A stretch of DNA of 57,213 nucleotides, filler included, from Sphacelaria rigidula (GCA_964200075.2; 8 parts of 8 records of this genome joined end to end with filler, not necessarily neighbours in it); one strand, 5' to 3'; shown: positions 1 to 12,433, numbered from the whole stretch's first letter. Made by a program: numbers and translations. The notes: generated from the sequence alone by a model not told the origin.

Positions 1-939
1 TGAACCACGCGTAAATTCCTCACAGCTGTAATGCGCGCAAGATGACTGCGCTGCATACGTGTTATCCACCCTCGACTCAGCGGACCAACAGTTTATACAG
101 CATGAAAATAAGTAGAGAGACGCCAGGAAAAACATGAGAAGTAGCTTCCCCGACTTCAACGTGGTGTAAAAAAACCCCTCAGATCTGCTGAGAAAAGCAC
201 ACCGACAGAAAAGGGAAAGAAAAGAAAAGACAGATGACACAAAGGGATTTGCAAGGCCACCGGGCGGCAGGCAACTCAAAAAACATATACTGCAGGCAAC
301 TCAAAAAAATATACTGAGTACGTAAAAGTAAATGCATCGCATTTAAATGAAAAAAAATCCTGAGTCGACGACATCGTTCATATTTAAATGTATATTCTAA
401 GCAAGCGAAACGAATGAACAAAACATAAATGAACGTATGTGATCTACTCTACCGTACTTAAAAATAATCAAAACATGAGCAGCACAAAAAAAATAGAAGC
501 ACAGCGAGTACGTTTCTTTAAATTAATTTTGTTCCTTTTCTTTTCCCGACGCGTTCGGTGGCCTTGCGAATTCCATGCAGAGGTAGATGAAAAAATGGAA
601 ACTATGTACAGCATACGGAAAAGGTTCAGATACGAGTAAAGGTACGCCGAAAAAAGGGTTTGAAAAAATCATGTACTATAATAGCTCATCATCTCTGTGC
701 TTCGAATTCGTTAATGGTCCAGGTGAAAGTGACTAATGCTCAATCGTTTTACCACCATGAAAGGGTCACCGCCCATCTACTGAGCCAATATCGCCACTCT
801 CCCGTACAAATTAACCGGAAGACTCAGCTAGACCATCGTAGGGATCAACGGGTCTACAGTATACAGGATAACCACACTCTGTCTCAGCAATTTTTTCGCA
901 ACATCCCCCCAAACCGACCGACCGACCGACCCGCTCTCC

Positions 940-1140
940 CCACCCAAACGCGAAACAGGAAGGGGACGAGATATGTAAAATATTTTTGTGTAAATGCATG
1001 GAAGAAAGGTAATGAGCGCCCAAACGTTGGAGGTATCTCTGTTTGGAGTAGGAACGGTGCTCCGTCTTGAAGGGGTTGCACGGTCAATGGTCACATGACC
1101 AAGGCAAGCAACAAATGAGTACGCCCAGCCGCACACGCCC
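940..1140 (+). mobile_element. 3'-terminal fragment of non-LTR retrotransposon (family A)
   Basis: Matches 16250-16440, the tail of the LINE ORF2 fragment. Ends ...GGCAAGCAACAAATGAGTACGCCC followed by C-rich sequence. Confidence 0.8.
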
Positions 1141-1269
1141 CCCCACACCGCCACCCCCCACCNNNNNNNNNNGGCAAGAAACCAAGAGGTGCCCCCCCCC
1201 CCCCCCCCCCCCCGCCTTCCCCGATCCTCAACAACCACCACCACCACATCAAAACAAACAGATGCGCAC

Positions 1270-2348
1270 CTTTTTGTGGTACCTAAGCAGTCGGATGGCA
1301 AGCCTGCTCTTCCCTGCCTTGCCCGTTCGCAGCGGCTCCTTGTGCCTTCTCCCAGCCCCCACCCCTGCACGATTCCCAACACCCTCCCTATGTCGGCCAC
1401 CACCACCACCATTATCATCATCACTATCCTCATCCGCCTCGCTGTCGCTACTGCTGACATCACCGGCCCCACCGGCGGCGGCGGCAGAAGCGGGGTGATC
1501 GGTGCCTGTTCGGGCTATCTTCTGCCCTCTCGTCCCGCCCCTGTCGTTGTTGGCGGGCACGGAGAGCTCTACAGGCAGCAGAAACGCAGAGAGATCTGAC
1601 TGCTCCTCGACCATCCTCACGACCATGAGGAGCTGCGCCAGCCGTCCGCCGATTTCTTCCAGGCTCATCGTCTCTACGCTTCCCGCATCATCACCGCACT
1701 TCGCGGTGTCGACACCCTCGCCGCGCTCGCCCCTGGCCTGCGGTACCACGATCTCACGACTTTTGCTGCGGTCGTCGTTGTCGACGTTACCGCCGTTGCT
1801 GTTATTACTGTTACTGTTCCCGCCGCCGCTTTCCCGAGCCTTCGACTTCCCCCCGCTGCCACTGCTCTCATCGCGGCCCGGTGACAACAATCCGTTGGTG
1901 CTTTTAGTGGTGTTGTTGTTTCCGTTGTGAGCAGGCCCCTCTACTGAGCCGTTGAGAACCGACCCCTTCCCCGACCCTCCCCTACCGCTAGCAGCAACGC
2001 CACCGGCCTCTTGCGCGACGCTGCCGTCATCGCCACTTTTGCCCTTTTTCTTCCTGCGCTTCTTCTTTTTCTTCGCGGAGCTCACCCCCACTTCCTCCCC
2101 TCCTTCTCGCTCGCCTCCCCCGTCTCCGTTTCTTCCTTCCTTTCCTACCTCCGTGCACACCTTCGACTGTCTCGGCTCCCCAGTCTCTCCGTCGTTGCGG
2201 AACGCCGCGTCCGCGCCGGGGAAACCCCTCAACGGGGAGTCGGCGGGAAGTCGGGGCGATGCGGCTCGGTAGATTACTGTGGTGCCGCTCGACTTTCCCG
2301 CCGTGGAGAAGGAGGTAACGGATGCGTTTTTGCTGCTGCTGCTGCTGC

Positions 2349-2379
<31 letters not shown>

Positions 2380-2458
2380 GATGGTGATTCTTGTTTGTTG
2401 GTCGCTGTCGAGGATCGCGCGTTTGGCCATAGCTGTGATGTTTTGAAGGAGGTAGTAC
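1270..2458 (-). CDS. Internal exon of a low-complexity nuclear protein (poly-N/S, KKKKKRRKKK basic stretch); 3' end resembles the start of a bromodomain
   Basis: Lies in ORF 1249..2598(-). Acceptor ...ccctcgtggcAG|GTACTAC at 2458 and donor AAAAAG|GTGCGC at 1270. Length 1189 = 1 nt + 396 codons. Peptide LLMVVRMVEEQSDLSAFLLPVE...RLLRYHKK resembles bromodomain helix Z, FxxPV and Y (inference). Confidence 0.65.
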
Positions 2459-2528
2459 CTGCCACGAGGGTGAAAATGAGGTTGAAGGCGAGTCGTGTGT
2501 GGCCCATTGTTAGGGGAAGAAGGAGGAC

Positions 2529-2600
2529 GGGCGTACTCATTTGTTGCTTGCCTTAGTCGTGTGACCATTGACCATGCATCCCTTCCGACACGGAGCACCG
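2529..2600 (-). mobile_element. Short 5'-truncated LINE family A 3' end (duplicated at 2711-2772 across an N gap)
   Basis: Reverse complement of GGTCAATGGTCACACGACTAAGGCAAGCAACAAATGAGTACGCCC, flanked by G-rich tracts. Confidence 0.8.
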
Positions 2601-3804
2601 GGGAGGAGGAGAGGCGGGGGGGGGGGGGGGGTTGTTCCTCACATTAGTCCTTCTCCATAACTCAAGCGCCCGTGGGCAAGAAAAAAAATGCTGGTGTGGT
2701 NNNNNNNNNNCATGTGTTGCTTGCCTTAGTCGTGGGACCATTGACCATGCAGCCCTTCCGACACGGAGCACGGGGGAGGAGGGGGGGGGGGGGGGGGGGG
2801 TTGTTGTTCCTCACATTAGTCCTTCTCCATAAATCAAGCACCCGTGGTCAAGAACAAAAATGCTGATGTGATTGATTGATTGAGTGTCGCAGTTCAACTG
2901 ATCTCCCAGGGATCTAGCTGTCGTCACATGATATAGAATTACAATGAAAATAATAATAATACGCCTACGAACAGGAAAACGCAGCGCCCCGACGGACGGG
3001 GTCCTACACACATATATCAGCGGGAGAAAAAAACGACGACATGAAAATGATACACGTAAGACTCGACAGAACAACCAATTAAAATAACTAAATAACACGT
3101 CGGCCATACATGGTACGTGGGCTAGAGGATAACCAAGAAGGAAAAAGTAGGGAAAACTTTATAGTTCAGCATACCGAGCAAGTCGGTACAGGGCAAAGAG
3201 CAAGGAAAGACGACGCCGGGCAAGGTAAGGCAAGGCACGGAGTGGAGGGGTGCTGGAGGAATTTGAAGGGCACGGAGGAACAAGTGAATTAATGAAATGA
3301 ACACACATATACTTTCAAGTAGACATCAATGTATGTTAACTACAAGGCACCTTCGGCTCTCGCTGCAGAGCTCATCGAGAGCGATATCGGCCAAGGCAGC
3401 GAAATGAACTCACCAGGCGCGAATTCATCACACCATGGATAATGACAATAGAATACGCAAAGAAGTGTACTGCGTACAGTATCGACTATTGCGCCTATTG
3501 CAACAGACAACAGATTACATACTATGCGCAGTACATTTTTGACAACAAAATCTTATGTCCAGGGTGTGCAATTTATCCATCATTACCCGTTCGCGATGTA
3601 CACTGCATCGCACCCTCGGGGTTACCCTCCAGAATACCCTGAAGAGTATACCCAGGAGTATACCCAGGAGTATACCCAGGAGGGTAACCTGAACGTTTAT
3701 TCGGAGCTTGTCCGGAGGGAAACCAAAATGATGGAGTGAACCAACCAATACATACATGCATACTCGGGGCATACATGTAAGTAAACCCGTACGTGAAGCA
3801 TATC

Positions 3805-4075
3805 AACATTTCACACGTCGGACAGCTAGCTCATGAGCTACCGCGAAAAACGAACAAACGAAAAAGGCTTTCAAATTCGATGCCGCAAGAACAAAATACG
3901 AGACAGCGGGGTCCGAGAAGCCAAAATGCCACGTATGGGCTATTCCGTGTACGCTGTAGGGAGCAAGTATGGAAAGAGGGGCCAAATGAGCTAGCTCATA
4001 ATCCGGATCAGCACACTAATAAGGAGCAGTCTTTAGGTAGCTTATGAGCTGTCCGTCCGACCCGCGTGAAACATT
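3805..4075. mobile_element. MITE-like element with ~35-bp imperfect terminal inverted repeats
   Basis: Left TTTCACACGTCGGACAGCTAGCTCATGAGCTACC versus reverse complement of right end TTTCACGCGGGTCGGACGGACAGCTCATAAGCTACC. Confidence 0.5.
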
Positions 4076-4161
4076 TGTTTGTAACCCTTCGAACCATCTG
4101 TTTGCTCTCCTAGGTCGCGTTCGTCCGTCCGTCCGTCCGTTTGTGTTCTTCCTTTTTTTTT

Positions 4162-4590
4162 TGGTCACACTTTGAGCCCCTCCCCTTCCTCGGGATGAGT
4201 CCGTGGTCTCACGGGATCAACTTTTTTTGGTCACACTTTGAACCCCTTCCCTTCCTCGGGATGAGATCGTAATCTCAAGGGATCAACCCTTTGATCTCTC
4301 CCGGTACACGCCTTGAATATTGGTCTCGCGGATCGGATCATGACGAACACTCCCGCACCGTTTTATCTCTCGTCAAACAATACTCAGACAACTATTATAC
4401 CCTTTCTTGTCTGCCCACGAACACCCCTCAGACGGCTACCTGTTTTTGTCTACTCATGTGCATCCGCTTTCGACGATGCACACACCAGATACTTGAAAGA
4501 AAAAACCCAACAAATCTGGCAGGAGACCAATCCATGTTCTCTCCGCCGTAAAGGTTACGGTCCAACGAGTATCATTTAGACCACTGGGGC
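4162..4590 (-). mobile_element. Degenerate tRNA-derived SINE with a tandemly duplicated 3' end
   Basis: Same body as 15491-15827. The 3' segment GTCACACTTTGAxCCCCTxCCCTTCCTCGGGATGAG occurs twice (about 4163 and 4230). Confidence 0.7.
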
Positions 4591-4624
4591 AAGTTTTTTT
4601 TTTCTTTTTTTCATCATGCTCATT

Positions 4625-4900
4625 TGTCGCACTTTGAACCCCTGCCCTTCCTCGGGACGAGTCCGTGGTCTCAAGGGATCAGCCCATTTCTCCCCCGGTA
4701 CACGGCTTGCCTTTTGGTCTCGCGGATTGGATCATGACCATCGGCACTCCCGCACCGCGTCAACTCACATCAAACAAACTCAGTCAACTACTCAGTTCAC
4801 TCACGTTCTCACGCTTTCCACGGTGGAAATCAGATACCACGAAAAAATTACTCAACGCATCGGGAATCGAACCCTCGTTCTGTCCACCCTACCACGGCAA
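4625..4900 (-). mobile_element. tRNA-derived SINE copy
   Basis: High similarity to 15491-15827, including the B-box region (plus strand GGGAATCGAACCCTCG). Confidence 0.85.
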
Positions 4901-6059
4901 TGTACCGCTGAGCCTTCTTCGTGCGATGCAGAAGAAATCGCGGGAAAAAATGCCTTGCCGCCAAAGAAAACTCGGCAAAAAGTGGTGAAAAATGTGAAAT
5001 GACACATGTACATAAATATGTATACATATATAAACAAAAAATGTATTGCATAATATACAACCTTAACGACGGAACCAGATTCTGCGAGAAAAAAAATCAT
5101 GTCAGGATTCGAATCACTTGGATTAGGGTCCTTCTATCGAAGGGTACTTTCCCCTGTTTCACAATTTCCTTTTTGAAAAACGACTGCTGATTGGTCGCTG
5201 CGATATCACCCACTAACGGACGTGCCCAGAAATCCCGTTTTTCTGTCTTCGCCTACTCGTCTTCTTACATTTTTTTATCTTCGTTTTTCGTCCTATTGGA
5301 AAGAAATAACGAGCCTAACGCGTGCGCGCCTACCTCTGTCTTGTGCCTTCTGCGCACTGCGCCAAAGGCTAGTGCCTCGAAAACGGAGCGTGTTTCGTTT
5401 TGTTCTTGTTTTTGCCTTTCATTTGAGTATATTCCATGTTACTTGTATTCACGGGAAGGATAGTGTAATATACGCAAAAGAAAAAAACACTAAGAACAAA
5501 AGAGGAAAAATTACCCCATTTGTAGGTGTCACCTACCCCAAACAAATGTTACTGGTAATTATCGGGACCGGGCAATGGACATCCCTGAAAAATTGCGTGG
5601 AGACCTGTTTGACAAGCGATCAACTTTCCCCTTTTCAAAAAGCGCCAGACTGAGCCCAATTTTCGGAGATTTCGGCCGAAATTTCATCAACATCTCCTGC
5701 ACGCAAGTACGTGCAACATTTGTGGGGATTCCGCCGTTTTTTTTTTCTTTCATGGAGTCATGACATTTTCCCAGTTTTTTAATAATTTCAAGTCGCTCGA
5801 CTTTTTTTTTAATAATTTCTTGGCACTCCGAGAAATGTTGCGCGTGTCGATGATGAAAATGTCCTGTCAAATTTTCAGCGTCCAATTCCTCAAAATTAGC
5901 ACCGCCTGATTCTAAAACACATCCAAAAATCACTGTCAGCTGCCCCAGCTCGTATTGATAACAGGAGCATTAATGTGGATATTTCTGCTTTTACAGTCAC
6001 GGGTTTTAAAGTGGTTCCCTCGTGCAAAAACCGGCTGAAGCCCCCCTCTATTTCTCCCG

Positions 6060-6265
6060 TGGGATTGGCGTCGGTTGGCAACGTTGCCGTAAAACAAGCC
6101 ATTCACTGCGTAAGCTAGGCAACCACATTACCGGGGGGTTTTCGTGCTTGTGTTTTTTTTGCGGTAACCATGATTGTGGTCGAGCTAGATCATATTGTGC
6201 GGGGGGTGGGGGAACCTCAACTCCACGCAAAGAGGATGATCATACGACGTGGTGTTTAAACCCTC
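6060..6265 (+). repeat. Interspersed repeat starting GGxTTGGCGTCGxTT (other copies 16448-16670 and 49820-50049)
   Basis: Three recognisably similar copies on three different scaffolds. Confidence 0.75.
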
Positions 6266-6269
6266 AGAC

Positions 6270-6615
6270 TGTGAGCGTCACCCCGGAACAGTTTCACAGG
6301 CTTACTGTCGAGGGACATCCGGGGGTTTCCAGGGGGCGGGGGAGGGTGGTTTTCGACAGGGGGATGCGGGCCTGTTCGTAGAACAGCGGACAAGCTCACC
6401 AAGTCAACCATGTGTGTTTGGAAGTTTCCCACGGAAGAAAAAAAGAGCTAGGAACGAGGCCCGAGAGGCACGGGATGACCATTCTGACCAATCACGGTTA
6501 TCAAAATGGTCACTTCGTTCCCCGACAGGTAGACTACAGGTGGGCGACTTCGCTGTCTAGCCGTATTCATCATTTTGGTCAGGACAATTCAACAATAAAC
6601 TACATGGGCACGAAA
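6270..6615 (+). repeat. Interspersed repeat (second copy about 29705-30030)
   Basis: Shared motifs GACATCCGGGGGTTTCCAG, AGTCAACCATGTGTGTTTGGAAGTTTC and ACCATTCTGACCAAT. Confidence 0.75.
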
Positions 6616-7065
6616 TAACGTGTTGTGTACTCTGCTCGGGGTCTGTGCCGCCTGCCTGACTCATGTGCTGCCAGCATAGCTCCACACTGTAGTGTTGTTG
6701 TGGACTATGCAGAGACATCAGCAGCATGCAGTAGATTATGTTCAGTGGAGAGCAATGTTACGTTCATTGTCTCCTGCCGTCGTATACAGAGGGGACGTAC
6801 ATCACACATACCGACTCTGCACGCTATAGCCTGCAGGGTCATAACCGGTCAGGGGTTCTCCGGCACTAATTTATTTACGCAGATGCCCAAGATCCACATG
6901 ATTATGGAACAAGGCGTTTTGTGTGAGGGAAAAAGAGCTGTTTTGAACCTAAATGTGGCATAATCCATCCCAGTACACCTGTGGGGGGGGGGGGGGGGGG
7001 GCCCCTCTAAAGGGGAAAAGGGGGAGACACCAATGGAGGAGTGGGGGGGCGGGGGCTTTCTTGGG

Positions 7066-7165
7066 NNNNNNNNNNNNNNNNNNNNNNNNNNNNNNNNNNN
7101 NNNNNNNNNTTAATTAATTAANNNNNNNNNNNNNNNNNNNNNNNNNNNNNNNNNNNNNNNNNNNN
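7066..7165. other. Artificial scaffold spacer (44N-TTAATTAATTAA-44N)
   Basis: Palindromic linker with stop codons in all six frames. Identical spacers occur at 14230-14329, 21394-21493, 28558-28657, 35722-35821, 42886-42985 and 50050-50149. Confidence 0.98.
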
Positions 7166-7880
7166 CCACGCGTTGTTTTTGTTTTCGAATTCTTCGTCGA
7201 ACTCCGTGGTTGTTTCTGGTGTTCCTAGTTTACGGTAATGCTCGACTAGCACTTCTCTCTTTCCCTTCGAACTACTAACCATTTTACCGTTCTGTGCCCA
7301 GAGTGTAGCTATCCCCTTGTCCATCTTTCCTGCATGGTTTCTCGTGATCACTTCTATCCCTGCCCACATTTGTTTCATCCCGCCGTCGAAATGTTTATTT
7401 CTTTCGTTCACTACACCTTCCCAAACTTCCTTCTTTTTCTGCTTTATCATGTTTTTTACTTCCTTTCGAGCTTTAGTATACTCCTCCCATCCTACCGTAG
7501 TTTTGCTCGACATCCACCTCGCATGGGCCTCTCTCCTTACTCTGATAGCATCTTTCACTTCCTCATCCCACCATTTTACGTCTCTGTTGCAAACGATCAG
7601 TTTCCTCCCTATGACTTTACTCGCTGTGTTCTTGACCATCTACTCCCATCCTTCTATGATCTTCGCTCCTGCCCGATTTCTTTCCATTTCGGTATCAACT
7701 GCACCTACGCGTTCCAACAGCTCGGAAAATTTCACTGCATTTTTTCCCATCTCCTCTTGAAACTCTTGCCGTTTTTCTTCCATATCTGGTTTATCGATTC
7801 TCCATTTCTACTGCTTCCTACCCCGCCTATTTCTTTTACCTGTCGTGTTGGCTTTCTGTCCATATTAGGCAATGGTCTGT
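7166..7880 (-). mobile_element. Non-LTR retrotransposon ORF2 fragment (linker between endonuclease and reverse transcriptase), degenerate
   Basis: Translation ...VKWWDEEVKDAIRVRREAHARW...ARKEVKNMIKQKKKEVWE...MKQMW...EVLVEHYRKL is typical of the APE-RT linker. An in-frame stop lies just upstream of the ORF and the fragment is cut by the scaffold end. Confidence 0.85.
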
Positions 7881-8345
7881 GGTTCCTACGTCCTCCGCGC
7901 ATACATATACTTCCCGGGAAGGGCTTTTTGGCTCGCGGCTGCGTCGCTCGATGACGAAACCAATTTGCACCATATAACTAGTTAATGAGTGCGCTACGCG
8001 TAACCATTCAACTGGTTAATGGTCAGACAAACCATTTCCGAGCTCTATCGTACCCCGCCAAATTCCAAACGGAAGAACTTTCCGCAAACATGGAACTTTG
8101 TTGGTGTGCAGTTTTGAATGAAGGAGTAGGGTGGGTTGATCTATGGGAGGTACATGTTCAGGTCATGAGGCTGTGTTTGGATTGAACCTCTACCCATACC
8201 TCCCCAACGTATTTACCTGTGCTCGTACCTACAATCGGGTATATCTACGACAGTATACCCTAACCCCAGGTAGGGGTATGGGAGGCTTACAGAGCTCACA
8301 GAACTATCGGGTACCGATACTGGATGAAAGTCTTACATGAATTGC

Positions 8346-8738
8346 TAGAGCTCGGAAATGGTTTGTCTAACCAGTAAACAGTTGAATGGCTACGCGTAGC
8401 GCACTCAAGCACCAGGTAAATGATACATATTGGTTTCGTCATCGAGCGATGCAGCCGCGAGCCAAAAAGCCCCCACCGGTAGAGGGGGCTGCCTGAGGCG
8501 CCCCCGGAGGGCCACGCTGGAGACGATGTGTCGGAGACACGTTTTACTCGATTTGGCTTCACTAGAGCTAAAAATATGTGAGATTTGGGCCAATTTTCAA
8601 GGGCTGTATGTGGCATACGCAGCCGGTAACAGTAATTGATGGCTTGAAACCATTATTCAATTTGTTCATATAACCATTACCATTATTTCCATTATAATGA
8701 TGATGACCAGTGATTACTGGTACCATTTTCGAGCTCTA
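8346..8738. mobile_element. hAT-type MITE (TIR TAGAGCTCGGAAATGGT)
   Basis: TAGAGCTCGGAAATGGT ... ACCATTTTCGAGCTCTA. Inverted relative to the copy at 18451-18822. No clear TSD at this copy. Confidence 0.8.
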
Positions 8739-9494
8739 TTTAATAGAAAATACAGAACTTGTCGGGTACGGTATGGGAGGCTTACAGAAAAACCGTACCG
8801 GCAATCGGGCATTTCTTCAAGAAAATACCCGCGCTGCGGGTACGGGTAAACGTTCTGCACAAAACTCACAGAACTGTCTGATATAGAATGGAGGTTGCAC
8901 AGAAAACCATACCCGCAACCGGGTCTCTCATCAATGGCGTACCCGTGCTTTTCAGTAACGGACGGGAGGCTTACAGAGCTCACAGAACCATCGGGTAAGG
9001 ATACGAAAGTATTACAGGGATTGCAGAAATGTCGGGTACTGGTATGAAAGTCTTACAGAAGTCACAGGAGTGTAAGGTACGGTAAATACCCGGGGAAATA
9101 CCCCGGGAGAATACCCCGGGTATACAGAAAACCGTACCCAACAGAATACAACCTTGGAAGAATCCACCAGCACACGTCATGTGCGCACAAAAAAGATCAT
9201 CTCGGTGAAGTTAGACTAGTTGTTGCCCAGTGAGGAACGCAACGGGCCAAGTTTGTTCAAGTTTGTGCATACAGCCAAAATAAGCACTTGGGTGCCTGAA
9301 GTCTAGACGAACAAAAATGGACACCACCTGTCTATTTTCTATATCCGGAATACCGTGTGTCACCGGGGAACATCTTGATACGGGTCTGAGAAACGCGGCT
9401 CGGGCTAACAGTTCTGCGTCAAAGCTGTGAATACTCCACACGTCGGACGAGTTATAACTCGTCGAGACGAGTGCACTCGTGGATGTTTTTTGAA

Positions 9495-9610
9495 AACACA
9501 ACGAGCATGACTCGTGTGCTCGAGTCACAACTCTTTTTTACAACGAGCAATGACTCGTGCGCTCGAGTCATTACTTTTTGTTACAACAATGACTCGAGTG
9601 CTCGCCCTAT
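9495..9610 (+). repeat. Minisatellite, left part (core CAACGAGCAATGACTCGAGTGCTCG)
   Basis: Three degenerate units. The array resumes at 10649. Confidence 0.8.
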
Positions 9611-9613
9611 TAA

Positions 9614-10648
9614 CCCTGTTGGGACCGACCCCCCATTAACACGGGTTTGACCATGTGTCAGTGAAATGATCATAAATAATTCAGGGAGCGACCTGCCCAA
9701 TCACGGCGAGGCGAAACTTGTCAACCAGACCCGAAAGACCAGCGTGGGGACTGTTGCCGAGTGTGATGTCACTGCAAGATCGTGTGCGGGCCCTATCCCT
9801 GGCCCAGATAAGCCTCCCCCGGTTTCCAAAGCCGGGATGCTCGGAGTATGGTTTATCGTATTACTTGCATTCAGTATAGCGTCCCCGGAATTTCCCGGGA
9901 GTTTTTTTGGGTCGCCAGCCTATACTAAAACGTAGTAATTACACTAACACAGGGTGGAGTGGGAAAACCCAGGAAGGAGTGCAAAATGCCACACCGTGGT
10001 CATTATTTTCACGAGGCACTAAACCCAGGTGGGCCGTGGAAAGACAAAAGGAGCTACCGTAATGAATTCTGCTTATCCCTCTGCCGATGACTTGCAGAAC
10101 ACTGTGAACATGCATGTAGTGGGCGGGGATGAACAAGCTGTGTATAGGCAACTGATCTCCATCGCTGAGAACTGCCCAGAACGTGCAATGGAGTATGCCG
10201 CGGCAGCTGCTGCGCAGTCGGAGAGGCGTACTGCACTTACTGTACTGTACTGTACTGTATGTGCGCCGCAACGCTAGTACCCTTTGAAGAGAATTTATTG
10301 CATGCAACGAAGAGGGAAATGGCGGCTCACCCCGACCACAAACGGCTGTGTGGCAAGGTGATGGGGACATTATTATCATCCAAGACTACAAGTGGCGGGC
10401 GGCCCACTGGTCGCCGCATCCTGTTGAAAGCTCTCTACCGCGACCCGTACTGCTTGCTACATCAGATGTACATTCCGTAATGCGCAGCCTGCACCTGAAA
10501 ATAGATTGGATGAAACTTTCGGTCTTCCTCATAACCCTGCGATTACATACGCGGATTTTTAGAAACATGCCACTATATCGTGCAGACGTCAGACACGTCA
10601 TTCCTAACCAGCCTCATTGGTCCTTCTGGGGGCCCGATCCCAAAGTGG
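9614..10648. mobile_element. Non-autonomous piggyBac-type element
   Basis: TTAA|CCCTGTTGGGACC ... GATCCCAAAGTGG|TTAG. Internal region ~10040-10620 matches 19760-20340 in inverted orientation. Confidence 0.75.
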
Positions 10649-10960
10649 TTAGTTTTTTCCATAACGAGCAATGACTCGAGTGCTTGTCTTATTATTTTGT
10701 TTCCACAACGAGCAATGACTCAAGTGCTCGTCCTATTAGTTTGTTTTCGACAACAAGCAATGACTCGAGTGCTCGCCCTATTAGTTTGTTTCCACAACGA
10801 GCAATGACTCGAGTGCCCGTCCTGTTAATATTTTTTCACAGCGAGCGATGACTCGAGTGTTCGCCCCATGAAATTTTTCCCCAACAAGCAATGACTCGAG
10901 TGCTCGCCCCAGTAATTTTTTCCCCAACTAGCAATGACTCGAGTGCTCGCTCTATGATTT
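10649..10960 (+). repeat. Minisatellite with ~43-45-bp period, about 7 units
   Basis: Repeated CAACGAGCAATGACTCGAGTGCTCGYCC separated by mutually similar T-rich linkers. Confidence 0.9.
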
Positions 10961-11099
10961 TTTACGGCCAAAGAGCAGCCCAACGAGTGCGAGTGCCAGG
11001 AGTCACACTCGTGCTTGTCCGACGTAAAAAAAACAATAATTGGCACCCACTGCCTCACGTTTTCAGCGAGAGAAAGCAGGTACTTCTCGGAAAAAAAAA

Positions 11100-11192
11100 A
11101 CCCCGCTGGACTCACGTCTGCCGGATTCGACCCCGTAATGACCCGCTCCAACCGTTTTCACTCGTACCACTCTTACCAGTCCACCAGGGCGC
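11100..11192 (-). mobile_element. tRNA-like SINE head
   Basis: Minus strand GCGCCCTGGTGGACTGGT (A-box-like) ... GGGTCGAATCCGG (B-box-like). No intact cloverleaf. Confidence 0.5.
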
Positions 11193-12433
11193 GGCGGCGA
11201 CAAGACATGTTGTGAGTTTCTCGCACGACAGATATTCATGTGCTGTGTGTGAGCAAAGGTGGGCATTATTTTGGCTCGTATTTTCCAACATCCATCTCGC
11301 ATCCATGCAAAAAAACTATGTGGCTCCTGATGTCCATGATTTCTTACTCGGGAAGGTGATGATAATGGCACGAGCTGGGCTAGCTTAAAAATTGCTAAAA
11401 CCTGCTCACACCATAGCTTGCCCAGTTTCCCGAATGAACCTGATGTAAGCATTTCACTGGGAAGTGTAGACCAACCTGGTGACACACGGCACCGCCGCTA
11501 AATGAAAAAAAAAATGAAAAAAATGTACTGCATAATGTATGACCTTAACGACGGATGAAAAAAAAAGAGATAATCTGTCGGGATTCGAACTCATGACCTC
11601 CAAAATTGGAGTCTCCCATCACTTGATTTACAGGGGTGCAGCAGCGTCACGGGAAATGTTGAACGCACAGCTCGATTCGACGACTCTCGAGCTGAAATGT
11701 TGGGAAGACCTTCAGCACCCAAAAAACTGACACTTCACGAGTCCAGCTGCAGACTCTAATTTTTTTCCTGGACTTATGACATCATCTTGTTTTCGCTGAA
11801 ATTTCAAATGCCTATAACTTTTTTCTTTTCTTTTTTTCTTTGCTGCTCAGGTGATCTTCTGCATTTCGATCATAAAAAGCTGCTGTCGAAATTTCAGTGT
11901 CCAACTCCTAATACAGTATCGACCCGCTCATAAGAAACTGAAATTCTAGCCGAGGCTGGGTTTCTTATTGGACTGAAGTGTTCAGCCTTTTTTTCTTAAA
12001 CGTGTCTTTCTTAAATTTCCCGCCAAAACACCTGTATATTTTTAAACGCGTCTTTCTTATTTCTCGTGCCAAATTCGAGACTGCTAGGCTCTCCTCCTAT
12101 GTGTCGTTACTACGGCAAATTCGACACTGCTGTACCTTCTTCTATTTCTCGTTCTATTCCTGCGTCAACGGAACGGCCCGCGGACTGCTGTTAATGGCAA
12201 AACTATAAAAAAGTGGCCTCTACACCAATCCTTGTGCGAATCAACATCGACACTCTCGAAAACAAAATCTCGCCGCAAAAAATGACGGTTTCACTCTAGG
12301 GTCACCGTGGGAAGTTTCTGCCCCCCACTTCCATTTTCCGAAAAAAATCCCCTTCCAGTAACATTGGTCCGCTAGCTGTGCTTGTACGTATATAATAGTG
12401 TGGGGTCACCAGATGTCAGCTAGTGGAGGGGTA

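Noticed and set aside
3640..3685. PEEYTQEYTQEY coding repeat
   Set aside because: A 12-bp tandem DNA repeat (GAGTATACCCAG x3) similar to non-coding repeats near 9085-9125, with no gene context.
7110..7121. Regularly spaced TTAATTAATTAA motif as a biological periodic element
   Set aside because: It is centred in exact 44-N flanks, so it is an assembly linker.
10649..10960. CRISPR-like array with a partly palindromic ~25-bp core
   Set aside because: The linkers are short (~18-20 bp) and similar to each other, there are no cas genes, and the context is eukaryotic. It is a minisatellite.
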